64,000 nt of DNA. It comes from Eledone cirrhosa. Lineage: Eukaryota. Positions 1 through 12,817 of the stretch are shown piece after piece. Made by a program: the position numbers and the translations under genes. The number at the start of each line of letters is the position of its first letter. The stretch's first letter is position 1. The notes beneath the pieces were generated by a model. That model was not told the origin of the DNA, did not search any database, and worked only from the letters and a program-made list of their open reading frames with translations. The stretch spans positions 195,424,001 through 195,488,000 of the forward strand of contig OZ024742.1 of NCBI GenBank assembly GCA_964016885.1, read 5' to 3'.

Positions 1-2328
1 GTATAAATATCTCTGGCTGAACGCATTGAAACAACAATGGTAAATAAAAAACCAAATAATGAAATATTACATGCTATTGACGAACTATGAGATGAATATT
101 TACGACGGGTAAAAACCCCAACATTTTGGCAAATCAACGCTTGTTTATATGCCTTAGCAACGACAGTGAAGCATTATCTTGGTAATAGCAGAGATATTAA
201 CAAGAACAAAACACCACCAAAAATACCATCATATATAACTAAAATAGAAAAAAACGATTGCTGATCTACGAAAAACCATAGGATATGTGACAATGCTCCT
301 TACATGCAAACAAAAACAAAAAACCTCACTCCTCACCAACAAAGAGTGAAAAATAAAATAGAAACGATGTTTGGTAACAGTAGAACCAGAACTCTCCAAT
401 ATAAGCTGATCAGCCTGATTGAGCCTATTCCTCCAAGATCACTGTGAAAATAATAACATCATCACAGATGAACAAGCAGCTGGAAATAAAGGTGTTTGAG
501 GGTGTGCTGAACAAATCCTAATCAACAAAATTGCGATGTCGGAGGTGCGACAGCTTAGGAGGAATATGGCTAGACTACAGGAAAGCTTTCGATTCTGTTC
601 CCCACTCTTGGATGATAGAGGCCCTCCGACTTGCTAAAGTCCCAGACATTATTATCAGAACCATAGGGAAGCTGTCTTCTTCTTGGGTTACTATCCTAAA
701 GTTAAAAACAGAGAAGGAGGACTCTATTTTCACTGATAAAATAGAATATCACAGGGGTATATTTCAAGAAGGCAGTCTCTCTGTGATATTATTTATCCTC
801 TCATTAAACCCTTTGTCCTTTCTGCTCAGAAATCTGAAGGATACAACATTGGCTCACAGGACAGAAATACGAACTTAACCTATAATTTCTTTGTGGATGA
901 TCTGAAACTCTATGCCAAGAACATGGATAGGATGAAGAAAAATCTTGACCTGGTTACAACATTCTCAAAGGATATAGGAATGGAATTTGGCCAAGATGAA
1001 TGTTCAAATATGACTGTAAAACGGGGAAAGCAACAACCCAATCAAGCAACATTGTCATCAATGGCCTAACTGTTTCACCGATATCTGATGAGGACTGCTA
1101 CAGATACCTGGGGATAGATGAGAACATATCCTATAACAGTATCTAATAAGGAACGCGTAACCAGGGAATATTACACCCGATTAAGAAAAATATGGTCATC
1201 GGAATTCTCTGCGCACAATAAAATAATGGCTCACAATGTGTTTGCTGTGCCTGACCTAACACCAACGTTTGGAATACTCAATTGGACGATAGACTAAATC
1301 CGAACTGTTGATGTTAGAACTCGAAAAACACTAGACAACGCCGGAAACTTCCACATCAACAGGGATATAGACCACGTCTACTTGAAACGTAAGCAGGGAC
1401 GCAGAGGCCTAACATCAGTCCAGACAGCATTTGAATGTCGCATCATATCCCTCCGACAATATCTACGAACCGCGAAGAGTTGGGAAGGAACTCCTTGAAA
1501 GTTATTCCCTGTGTGATAATCAAAAACTCACACCAATGGAAGTTGCTTAACAGTACCGCAGTGAATCCATGGATGAAAAACTGCATGCTTATCAGCAAAA
1601 AATCATGCATGGATATGTTGCCAGGAAGCTCCAGAGTGAGAGTAATATAGATAAAGAAAGTAGTCTATCTTGGACCAACAACCGCTATATTGGCTCCCAC
1701 TTTGAAGGATACGCTTTTCCAATCCAAGAACAGGAAATTAACACGAAATACCTAATTCACATGCAGTCATATCAGACCAGATATAATGATATGGGACAGG
1801 GAAAAGAAGGCATGTACAGTAGTGGGAGTTAGCTGCCCAGGAGATTCAATATAATATCAAACATTAGCGAAAAGGAGAATATTTACGCAGATCTAATGAG
1901 AAATCTACAGATACTCCACCCCGACTATACATTCAGATTTATGCCTGTGGTTATTGGGGTACTGGGATATGTTAGTAACTGCCTCAATACAAATCTTGAG
2001 AAGCTGGGCTTCACAGAAACAGAAAGGACACAACTAGTTAGGAAATTACATGGAACAGTAAAAATATGTATAACATTCCAAAAGTTTTGCATCTAATAAC
2101 TGCACATGTACAGATACAAAGCATATGCACATGCACACATACAACTCAAAACATCCACATCCACACATACAATAACAACCATACCTGCACACACATGCAT
2201 GCAGACATGCATACGTATCTACCTAGTTGATGTTGTGTAAATTCCAATGGGAGAGTCTTGTGTCTATGTTAGAAACCGACTCTCTCTCTCTCTATTGGTA
2301 AAAATTTGTGAAATTATAAAAACCAGAA
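1..2328 (+). mobile_element. Degenerate R4/Dong-clade (RLE) non-LTR retrotransposon, copy 1; starts before the window, has internal deletions
   Basis: Fragmented ORFs carry RT motifs WLDYRKAFDSVPH, GIFQEGSLS and FFVDDLKL, and an RLE C-terminus (RPDIMIWD..., PVVIGVLG). Colinear with the reverse complement of 8653-11875. Ends TTATAAAAACCAGAA followed by (CATA)n. Confidence 0.9.
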
Positions 2329-2345
2329 CATACATACATACATAG

Positions 2346-2922
2346 TGGTGGCTGCCAACTCGTTTTTTAGTACGGCCACTACTTTATATCCATGTAGGAG
2401 AACCCCTACCGATTCGCTGAACGAGTGTGACATTTTAGTCCAGCCAGACAACTCAAGTACAAACACTACACTTCTGACAATTACTGAAACATAGTGCTGG
2501 TCCCATGGTACCATGTGACGACAAGTGCAGAGAGATCTCCAGATATAAAGCAATGCCTGTTCCGTGAAGCTTTTATAGTGAGCAAAGGCTCTGCACAAAG
2601 CCAGTCCCACTCTCTTAACCAAGATGATATTTACCAAAAAGAAGAACAAGTCAACATCATTGGATACCATCAGGGTTGCAGGTGTTATATCAGAGTTTTC
2701 CTTCTCCTAGAATTCTGCCTTGACAAAGGCTAAGGGGTCATCTCTCCCGGTGATTTTGGATGGCCATTGACTCTTAACATCTCCTTTGCTCTTTGACAGG
2801 TTTTGTTTTTAGTCCTGCAGGATGTCCAAAGTCACCCTCCTCACCAAGAAACCTTGGTAGGGTTGCCAGTTTAGTCGCCAACGACCCGACTATGAGACAG
2901 GGTGTACTGGGATACATGTTAC
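2346..2922 (-). mobile_element. Non-autonomous bipartite RTE-derived retroelement, copy 1 (slightly 5'-truncated)
   Basis: Near-identical to 2936-3541, 19793-20400 and 20683-21243. Contains CTAGGAGAAGGAAAACTCTGA (RTE 5'UTR-type motif) and a 3' stem-loop. Flanked by TATG/CATA repeats. Confidence 0.85.
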
Positions 2923-2935
2923 ATACATATATATA

Positions 2936-3541
2936 TGGTGGCTGCCAACTCGTTTTCGAGTACGGCCACTACTTTATATCCATGATGGAGAACCCCTACC
3001 GATGCGCTGAACGAGTGTGACTCTTTAGTCCAGCCAGGGACTTGAAAACTCTGATACAAACACCACACTTGTGACAATTATTGACACATGGTGCTGGGCC
3101 CATGGTACCATGTGACGACAAGTGCAGAGATCTCCAGATATAAAGCAATGCCTGTGCCGTGAAGCTTTTATAGTGAGCAAAGGCTCTGCACAAAGCCAGT
3201 CCCACTCTCTTAACCAAGATGATATTTACCAAAAAGAAGAACAAGTCAACATCATTGGATACCATCAGGATTGCAGGTGTTATATCAGAGTTTTCCTTCT
3301 CCTAGAATTCTGCCTTGACAAAGGCTAAGGAGTCATCTTTCCCGGTGATTTTGGATGGCTATTGACTCTTAAGAGCTCCTTTTCCCTTTGACAGGTTTTG
3401 TTTTTAGTCCTGCATGATGTCCAAAGCCACTCTCCTCACCAAGAAAGCTTGGTGGGGTTGCCAGTTTAGTCGCCAACGACCCGACCATGAGACAGGTTGT
3501 ACTGGGATACATGTTACCAGTAGCACCAACTGGTGACCTGA
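2936..3541 (-). mobile_element. Non-autonomous bipartite RTE-derived retroelement, copy 2 (full length, ~606 bp)
   Basis: Begins TCAGGTCACCAG and ends GCAGCCACCA on the minus strand. The 3' part encodes the RTE C-terminal finger remnant [22 protein letters not shown]. Confidence 0.85.
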
Positions 3542-3595
3542 CACATACATACATACATGCATACTTACATATATACATACTTACATACATACATA

Positions 3596-3843
3596 CCCAT
3601 CATTATTGGAGCTACGGGTTATATACCAAACCTCTTAGACCAATGTATGACTGAACTTGGATTTGCGGACAAAGAGCGCAGCTCTCTAATTCATAGTCTA
3701 CAAATGGCTGGGATAGCTGGCCCCTTCAAAATTTGCAAAACATTCTTGCGATTCAAGGGATGACAATTTCTTTTCTTTTACAACCTTGCCACCAGGAAGG
3801 TGGCCGGTCAAAATATATACTCGAAATTAAGAGAAAGAGATAA
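3596..3843 (+). mobile_element. 5'-truncated 3' end of a second RLE (R4-like) LINE family
   Basis: Encodes PIIIGATGYIP...LQMAGIAGPFKICKTFLRF*, homologous to but diverged from the R4 C-terminus PVIIGALGYVS...GTVKICKTFQK. Has a different 3'UTR. (CATA)n on both sides. Confidence 0.7.
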
Positions 3844-4102
3844 CATACATACATACATACATACAGTGACGTGTATGTATGGTGTTTTTTCCTGTCTGGA
3901 GAAACAACAGGTCTGAGAAATTACAAAGACATAACACTGGATTAACCGAAATCTTTTTGGTGTAAATGTGTGCAAATAACTGTGCCTCTGTGTGTTGTGT
4001 ATATGTATATACATGTATGCGTGCTTGCATGAGAGCGCACATAAACATATACGTGTGTTTCTGTGTTTCGGTGCATATGCGTGCAAATGTGTATGTGTAC
4101 GC

Positions 4103-4572
<470 letters not shown>

Positions 4573-5395
4573 TACGGAAAAAATGAAACGAAATTTCATT
4601 TCTCACTCTTAGTACGGTGTTACTTAAATATAAGTATGTATACGCACATACATATCTGTATACAGACATACAGTAGTATGGATATATATATACATACATA
4701 CACACATATCTACATGTACGTATGGATTCACCGAACATTTATTATAATGCTCGGTGTGTTTGTAAACAAACATCCCGAATTAAGCCGTACAGTGTCTAGC
4801 AACAATCGTTGCTCATTTGTTCAACACTGACAAAGGAACGCTGTACTAGTTTCAAGCTTATTAGCTATCGTCAGCAACGTATACCTTCCTGCCAGATGGT
4901 TGAACGTCCGAAAGTATATACTTTCCTTATGCATATTAACAGAAATGAAATTTCGTTTCATTTTATCCGTTTATCGTTTTCGGTACCCCGGCCGATTAAC
5001 TCAGACGATATGCAAATTAGGCTGCTCGGCCATTAATATCCATAAGGAAAGTTTATACTTTCAGACGTTCAACCATCTGGCAGGAAGGTATACGTTGCTG
5101 ACGATAGCTAATAAGCTTAAAACTAGTACAGCGTTCCTTTGTCAGTGTTGAACAAATGAGCAACGATGGTTGCTAGACACTACGGCTTAATTCGGGATGT
5201 TTGTTTACAAACACACCGAGCATTATAATAAATGTTCGGTGAATCCATACGTACATGTATATATGTGTGCATGTATGTGTATGTATATACATACTACTGT
5301 ATGTCTGTATACATATACGTATGTACGTGTACATACTTATATTTAAGTAACAGCCGTACTAAGAGTGAGAAATGAAATTTCGTTTCATTTTTTCC

Positions 5396-5399
<4 letters not shown>
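4573..5399. mobile_element. Foldback / MITE-like inverted repeat: ~365-bp arms (about 4573-4938 and 5033-5399) with a ~95-bp spacer, inserted in (TA)n
   Basis: The arms are reverse complements, e.g. CGGAAAAAATGAAACGAAATTTCATTTCTCACTCTTAGTACGG vs CCGTACTAAGAGTGAGAAATGAAATTTCGTTTCATTTTTTCCG, and GCAACGTATACCTTCCTGCCAGATGG vs CCATCTGGCAGGAAGGTATACGTTGC. No credible ORF. Confidence 0.85.
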
Positions 5400-5452
<53 letters not shown>

Positions 5453-5463
5453 TGAATATATAA

Positions 5464-5519
5464 GGGCGAGGCCCCAGCATGGCCTCAGCCGGATGGCTGG
5501 AACAGATAAAAGAGTAAAA

Positions 5520-5524
<5 letters not shown>
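5464..5524 (+). mobile_element. 5'-truncated SINE/LINE 3' tail fragment
   Basis: CCCAGCATGGCCTCAGCCGGATGGCTGGAACAGATAAAAGAGTAAAAGAATA matches the tail at 23630-23689. Confidence 0.7.
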
Positions 5525-5578
<54 letters not shown>

Positions 5579-5711
5579 CAAAGGGATATTTAATTTGTTG
5601 GTAATTCAACAAATATATATATTTATAACAGATTCGAAGCACTCAACAAGCTTTCTGGAGTATATTATCAATGATATTAATAAATGGAAACTTGATTTAT
5701 AAAACCATATT

Positions 5712-5767
5712 TATTCTATTATATATATTTCAAGGGTACCAAGGGTACGCCCTCATCAGATAAAATA
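5712..5767 (-). ncRNA. Minimal type I hammerhead ribozyme motif (Penelope/retrozyme-like)
   Basis: Minus strand reads TATTTTAT-CTGATGA-GGGCGTACC-CTT-GGTACCCTT-GAAA-TATATA-T-A-ATAGAATA. The core is intact, stem I has 8 bp, stem II is imperfect and stem III is palindromic. Confidence 0.6.
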
Positions 5768-6038
5768 TATAGCTTGTTTTATAAATATTGACATATCCAC
5801 GAATGAGACCTTAACGGTTCGAGTTTTACCAGGATAGTAAAAGGAAAAAGGGAAAGAGAGGAAAAAAACAAATATTTCCAATTATTAAGATGAATATGCA
5901 AATGAGGTTGAGGCATAGGGCTGAAAAAAACGTTATTTTTAGACGCTAGGTAGATTTAAATAATTATTAGGATATATGTATGTATGTATAAGAAGAAAAA
6001 AAGAGAAAGAAAGAAAAGCTTGTATTTATATTACTATA

Positions 6039-7836
6039 ACTAGCAGAAAAACCGTCCATCGGGTGGTTTTCTGCTAGCATGTGTAGTGTGTATATTGGTA
6101 TATATACATATAGATATGATACATCAAATAAAATCGTAATTGACAATATAGACAGAAATTGAACGAAGACGTGGTTACACTGTCTTATGTAATCAGTAAT
6201 TCAATCCATGATACATTAAAAAAAGGCGATATTATATATAAACTGCATTAGGAGAAAATTAGTGACAGAAAATTAGTATGTTTATTTAAGTGATCGCCAC
6301 CGGAAGTGTTGACATCACACGCTCTGTCTTTCTGTATATATGGTAGTTGAAGTGGTGGTGGTGGTGGCAACGATATACCGAAAGTGCAACTTTGAAAAGA
6401 AGTCAATTTTAAATTATTTATTTTTACGAAATTATTTTTGTTTACGAAATTTAGTAGATAAATTATATAATATTCATTCATTATTTATTCAAAGTAATCC
6501 AACTTATTTTACTAACAGGATAAAAAAAAAAATAAACCGTACGCAGTCCCGCAGACCTTCCTTTATTAAAGTTTAGATGTACGTGAATTTAAAAAGATTG
6601 AAACGTTAAGAATTAACAGTTTGTTGGAGTGGTGGAATATGATTCCAGAATTTAAAAAATATTTAGCTAAATTATGAGTTATAATATTATATATATAATC
6701 AATTAGATTATATGAAGAATTATGGTTGTAAGTACATTTTATCTTATGATATTGCAACAGGTTGTAAGTATATAAATATCTATATAGATTAATAAGTGTA
6801 TAAATATAAATATTATTGGTGATTATATAGATATAAAACACATGTATTAATTTGTTTACATTTCTAATATGAGTTACGAAGTATGTTGATTTTACATTTT
6901 ACATATATATTTAAGAAAAAGACGTAATTCAAATTATAAGAGAAGAAAAATTTGTAGATTCAAATATTTTCATCCAACATTGAAAATATTTACAGAACAT
7001 TATTAATTTAGCGAAATTATATAATTTATCATACAAGTTATTATGTCTATGTTTGCACAATTGTAAAGGAAACGATAACTCCAATATTATTTGTTAAACT
7101 ATTAAAATTAGATTTGATGAATAATTTTCTCAGAAAATGTGGAAAGTCTGTAGAGAAAATGATATATTATTTTGTGTGAGATTATAAGGTATTTTACATT
7201 ACATGTTTTCAAGGATGAGAATTTCAATTATATGTTATCTACGTCGAAAGATGTGTGAAAAGTTTGAAGATTAAAGAGAGGAAAAATGTATTATTAGATA
7301 AGTCGAGAGTGTATTTAGAAGAACTATTGTAAAGATGATATCTTTCAGAATATCAATTAAAAAGTATCAATCTAAATTTAAGAAGAAAGAACATTTTTTA
7401 AAATGTTTAATTTAAAAAAGAAAAACCTCAGTAAACAACATGATCATTTTAAAGATGTATAAGATGTAGTCAAGTGTAATGAATATTATAGATTAAAAAT
7501 ACTCCGGAAAGTGTATTTTTGGCGATACACAAATGACAGAGTCTTGAGAAAGCCATATTTCGTTATGCAGGTGCTTTCGAAATCGTTCCCCAAGATATTG
7601 AATAGTCTATATTGTTGTCCTTTAAATTCCAAATTAGATGTGAAAGTGAAGTGGACCTATTAAATGTATGTTTATGGTTGTACCAGCGTTCTTGGAATTT
7701 TGTAGAAGTGGCATCTATATAGTTAAATATTTTGTCTCTAGTTTTTACTGTGCATTTATAAATTAAGTTTTTGTCTAAGCAATTGTTTTGTAAAGGGCAG
7801 TTTGATTCAATTCTACAGTTACATTTTCGGGAGTTG

Positions 7837-7850
<14 letters not shown>
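6039..7850 (-). mobile_element. Possible non-autonomous Helitron-like element (AT-rich body)
   Basis: Left end ACTAG with hairpin CTAGCAGAAAA(A)CC...GGTTTTCTGCTAG (Helitron 3' end on the minus strand). The right end runs into (TA)n. No RepHel coding recognised. Confidence 0.3.
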
Positions 7851-7899
<49 letters not shown>

Positions 7900-8140
7900 T
7901 GTATGTGTAATCTGTATGTATATTTGCGTGCGTTTATTCATTAGTGTGTGTCAGTGTTGATGCGCGTGTATATACCTGTGTATTTATGTACTTCCGTGTT
8001 AATGTAGACGTATTTAGTTTTCTGTATGTCTACTTGTGTGTATGTGTGCGTATGTTTGTGTGTGTGTATGTTTATTTTTTGGTCGACGCGTATGTGTGCT
8101 TCTGTTTTTGTGTGCACATACGTCTGTGTAATTGCATACT

Positions 8141-8177
<37 letters not shown>

Positions 8178-8652
8178 ATGTATGTATGTATGTATGTATG
8201 TATGTATGTATGTATGTATGTATGTATCTAGTATATATCTACGTATGTAGTATATATCTATGTATGTAGTATATATCTATGTATATAGTATATATATATC
8301 TATGTATGTAGTATATATCTATGTATGTATGTATATATCTATGTATGTATGTATATATCTATGTATGTATGTATGATATATGTATGTATGCAGTATATAT
8401 ATCTATGTATGTAATATATATCTATATATGTATGTATCTATGTATGTATTTATGTATGTATGTATCTATGTATGTATCTATGTATGTATCTATGTATATA
8501 TGATGTATGTATGTAGTATATATCTACGTATGTAGTATATATCTACGTATGTAGTATATATCTATGTATGTAGTATATATCTATGTATGTAGTATATATC
8601 TATGTATGTATGTATGTATGTATGTATGTATGTATGTATGTATGTATGTATG
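7838..8652. repeat. Compound microsatellite: (TA)n, (TG)n, (TATG)n and TATATCTATGTATGTAG variants
   Basis: Direct reading. Confidence 0.95.
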
Positions 8653-11600
8653 TTCTTCTGGTTTTATAATTTCACAAAATTTTACCAATAGAGAGAGAGT
8701 CGGTTTCTAACATAGACACAAGACTCTCTCATTGGAATTTACACAACATCAACTAGGTAGATATGTATGTATGTCTGCATGCATGCATGTGTATGTTTTG
8801 AGATGTATGTGTGCATGTGTATATACTTTGTATCTGTACATGTGTATATGCAGTTATTAGATGCAAATTTTTTGGAATGTTTTACATATTTTTACTGTTC
8901 CATTAATGGATTGTACTTGTAATTTCCTAACTAGTTGTGTTCTTTCTGTTCCTGTGAAGCCTAGCTTCTCAAGATTTGTATTGAGGCAGTTACTAACATA
9001 TCCCAGTGCCCCAATAATCACCGGCATAAATCTGAAGGTGTAATCAGGGTGGAGTATCTGCAGATTTCTCATTAGTTCTGCATAAATATTCTCCTTTTCA
9101 CTAATCTTTGATATTATATTGGCATCTGCTGGGCAGCTAATTTCCACTACTGTGCATGTTTTCTTCTCCCTGTCCCATATCATAATATCTGGTCTGTTAT
9201 GTCTGCATTTTATTGGGGTTTTTACTGGAACATTCCACCAGTACTCTTTCATATTATGTACATGGATGTCTTCCACATTGTTGTAGCTTTTAATGTGTTT
9301 ATTATCGGGGCTATCTTTTTTACGAACTGCATTGTACAGTGTTTTGGCCACTACATAAATGCCTCATAGGTAGATAGTACCGCGATGACATCTTTGGGCA
9401 GCTGCTGATGACATGGGTGATATCCTCGATGTTAGTTCTGCAGAGTCTGCACTTGTTATCACATCTAGGTGTTTTGCCTGCATCCCTATCTCTTTTGTGA
9501 ATCAGGTATTTCGTGCTAATCTCCTGTTCTTGGATTGCAAAAGCATATCCTTCAAAGTGGGAGCCAATATAGCGGTTGTTGGTCCAAGATAGACTACTTT
9601 CCTTATCTATATTACTCTCACTCTGGAGCTTCCTGGCAACACATCCATGCATGATCTTTTGCTGATAGGCATGCAGTCTTTCATCCATGGATTCACTGCG
9701 ATACTGCTGAGCGACATCCCTGGGTGTCAGTTTTTGATTATCACACAGGGAATATCTCTCAAGGAGTTCCTTCCCAACTCTCATGATCTTATCTGTTTCA
9801 TGCAGATAGATTTGCCCGAGAAGCGGGCTCCTACGCTTCGAGGTTCGTAGATGTTGTCGGAGAGATATGATGCGACATTCAAATGTTGTCTGGACTGATG
9901 TTAGGCCTCTGCCTCCCTGCTTACGTTTCAAGTAAAGGCGGTCTATGTCACTGTTGATGTGGAAGTTTCCGGTGTTGTTCAGTATTTTTCGAGTTCCAAC
10001 ATCACCTGCTCGGATTTCGTCTATCGTCCAATTGAGTATTCCAAACGTTGGTGTTAGGACAGGCACAGCAAACACATTGTGAGCCACTGTTTTGTTTTGC
10101 GCAGAGAGTTCCGATGCCCAGATCTTTCTTAATCGGGTGTAGTATTCCCTGGTTACGCGTTCTTTATTACAGATACCATTATAGGATATGTTCTCATCTA
10201 TCCCCAGGTATCTGTAGCAGTCCTCATCAGATATCGGTGAAACAGTTAGGCCATTGATGACAATGTTGCTAGATTATTTTGTTGTTTTCCCCCGCTTTAC
10301 AGTCATGTATGAGCATTTATCTTGGCCAAACTCCATTCCTATATCCTTTGAGAACGTTGTAACCAGGTCAAGATTTTTCTTCATCCCATCCATGTTCTTG
10401 GCATGGAGTTTCAGATCGTCCACAAAGAAGTTATGGGTTAGGTTCGTATTTCTGTCCTCCTGTGAGCCAATGATGTATCCCTCACATTTCTTGAGCAGAA
10501 AGGACAAGGGGTTTAATGACAAGATGAATAATATCGCAGAGAGACTATCCCCCTGAAATATACCCCTGCAATATTCTATTTTATCAGTGAAAATAGAGTC
10601 CTCCCTCTCTGTCTTTAACTTTTGGATAGTAGCCCAAGAAAAAGACAGACTCTCTATGGCTCTGACAATAATGTCTGGGACTTTAGCAAGTTGGAGGGCC
10701 TCTATCATCCAAGAGTGGGGAACAGAATCGAAAGCTTTCCTGTAGTCCAGCCAGACTGTAGCCATATTCCTCCTAAGCTGACACACCTCCGACATCGCAG
10801 TTTTGTTGATTAGGAGTTGTTCAGCACATCCTCAAACCCCTTTCTTTCCAGCTGCTTCTTCATCTGTGATGATGTTATTATTTTCACAGTGATCTTGGAG
10901 GAATAGGTTGAGGCAGGCTCTATACATCTTATACATCAGGTTCTGGCATGCAATGGGTCGGTAGTTTTTTGCCAAGTGCGTGTCTTTGTTCTTGGGGACC
11001 AGTAACGTTTGTGCTAATGTCAACCATTCTGGTATAAGTGTATCTCCCTTAAGAACTTGTTGGTAGATACCTCCGAGAAGATACCTCCGATAGAATATTA
11101 GTTTTTTGTACCAGTAGCCGACAATCATGTCTCTTCCTGCTATTTTCTTATCTTGGAGTTTTCCTATCACAGTCTCAAGGGTACCCTCACTTATTTCGTA
11201 TATTTTTGTTGTAGTGTAGGAGCAATAGTTCTTTCGGATTTCTCTTAGCCACACTGTATTTTGGTTGAAATTCTTCTTTTCACCTCATATTTTTCTCCAA
11301 AGGTAGCTATGTCTTTCTGTGACACTTATTATTTTGCCCTTCATATCTCTATAGACTGATGTTTGGTTTCGTCTGAATCTTTTATTAAGCATTTTTCTCT
11401 CATCTACCTTCTTCGGGTATCGGCGTTTTTCGCTAACAGCTCTCAATTCTTGTTTGAGGGTGATCAGCTTATATTGGAGAGTTCTGGTTCTACTGTTACC
11501 AAACATCGTCTCTATTTTATTTTTCACTCTTTGTTGGTGAGGAGTGAGGTTTTTTTGTGTTTGTTTGCATGTAAGGAACATTGTCACATGTCCTATGTTT

Positions 11601-12732
11601 TTTCGTAGGTCAGCACTCTTTTTTCCTATTTTAGTTATATATGATGGTGTTTTTGGTGGTGTTTTGTTCTTGTTAATATCTCTGCTATCACCAAGATAAT
11701 GCTTCACTGTCATTGCTAAGGCATATAAACAGGCGTTGATTTGCCAAAATGTTGGGGTTTTTATCCGTCGTTAATATTCATCCCCTATTTCGTCAATAAC
11801 ACGTAGTATTTCATTATTTGGTTTTTTATTCAACATTGTCGTTTTAACACGTTCAGCCAGAGAGATATTTATACATGAGTTAATTTCTCTCTGGAAGATT
11901 TCGTTGGGGGAAATTTTCAATTGTTTATACTTTTGATTATCATTATCGATAGTATTTTCCACAACAGTCGAGGTAGACTCGGATGGTATACGTGGTGTCA
12001 CATTTATTCGATTATTATTATTATTTCTTCGATTATTATTATTATCGATAGTGTTTTCTCCAACATTCGAGGTAGACTTAGATGGTACAGGTGGTGTCAA
12101 GTTTCTTACAGGCATAGTTGTTTCAAGGCACTGTTCGACCTGGCTGCTAGGAAGTCTAGTAGCATGGCGACCTGTAGCACGTGTTGTTGATTCCATGTTT
12201 GTTGTGGGTGACTTACAATTAATATTATTTATCTTATTTTTACGTTCAACAAACGTCGCTTGTTGGCGTAATTGTTTCGCTGTGAAATAATTTAGCTCTG
12301 GGTGTATTTCGTCCCAGTGTAGCTTCATTCTATTCATATAGCCAATGGAGGGATTTTTTTTTGCCATTTTATAACAATTAAATTATTAAATTCGCAACTC
12401 CAAGAGAAATGCGATTTATAATTTCGGTTTCTTCTGTAGCTACAACTGAATAAAGTTTGATTACCTTCTTTGTTATTTGTCTTCGATACTTCCTTAATTT
12501 TCTTGTTGATGTTGTGTTCAGCCATGCTGTTTGTAGCAAATCCTTGTAAAATGAATGATGTATTTAGTCGGATATCTCTACGAATTCGAATAAAAGGTGT
12601 CTTCAGAAGGGATAGTTAGAAGAATAACCAGTTATTCAACCTGGCTGTAGTTGTGGCATTACTGTCGGAGATAGTGTTCATCTTAAATTTAATAAATAGT
12701 CTCCCACGCCAAAATATGTGACTGATCGCGTT
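8653..12732 (-). mobile_element. Apparently full-length (~4.1 kb) R4/Dong-clade non-LTR retrotransposon, copy 2, with (CATA)n at both ends
   Basis: 5'UTR, then N-terminal GYMNRMKLHWDEIHPE...LRQQA, RT (NYRPIAC, DYRKAFDSVPH, GIFQGDSLS, FFVDDLKL), CCHC CRLCRTNIEDITHVISSC and RLE NRPDIMIWD...VEISCP...KENIY. Same 3' terminus as copy 1. Confidence 0.92.
8857..12525 (-). pseudogene. Disrupted single ORF of the R4 element (RT + CCHC + restriction-like endonuclease)
   Basis: ORF fragments 12334-12525, 11771-12367, 11285-11713, 10832-11254, 10274-10795, 9320-10087 and 8857-9351 lie in domain order, broken by frameshifts and stops. Confidence 0.88.
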
Positions 12733-12817
12733 GTATGTATGTATGTATGTATGTATGTATGTATGTATGTATGTATGTATGTATGTATGTATGTATGTAT
12801 GTATGTATGTATGTATG
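12733..12817. repeat. Pure (TATG)n microsatellite between the R4 5' end and the RTE 5' junction
   Basis: Direct reading. Confidence 0.97.

Noticed and set aside
12640-12732. HDV-like ribozyme at the R4 5' end
   Set aside because: A GGAGA/TCTCC hairpin exists, but I could not place P1, P2 and P3 or a canonical J4/2.
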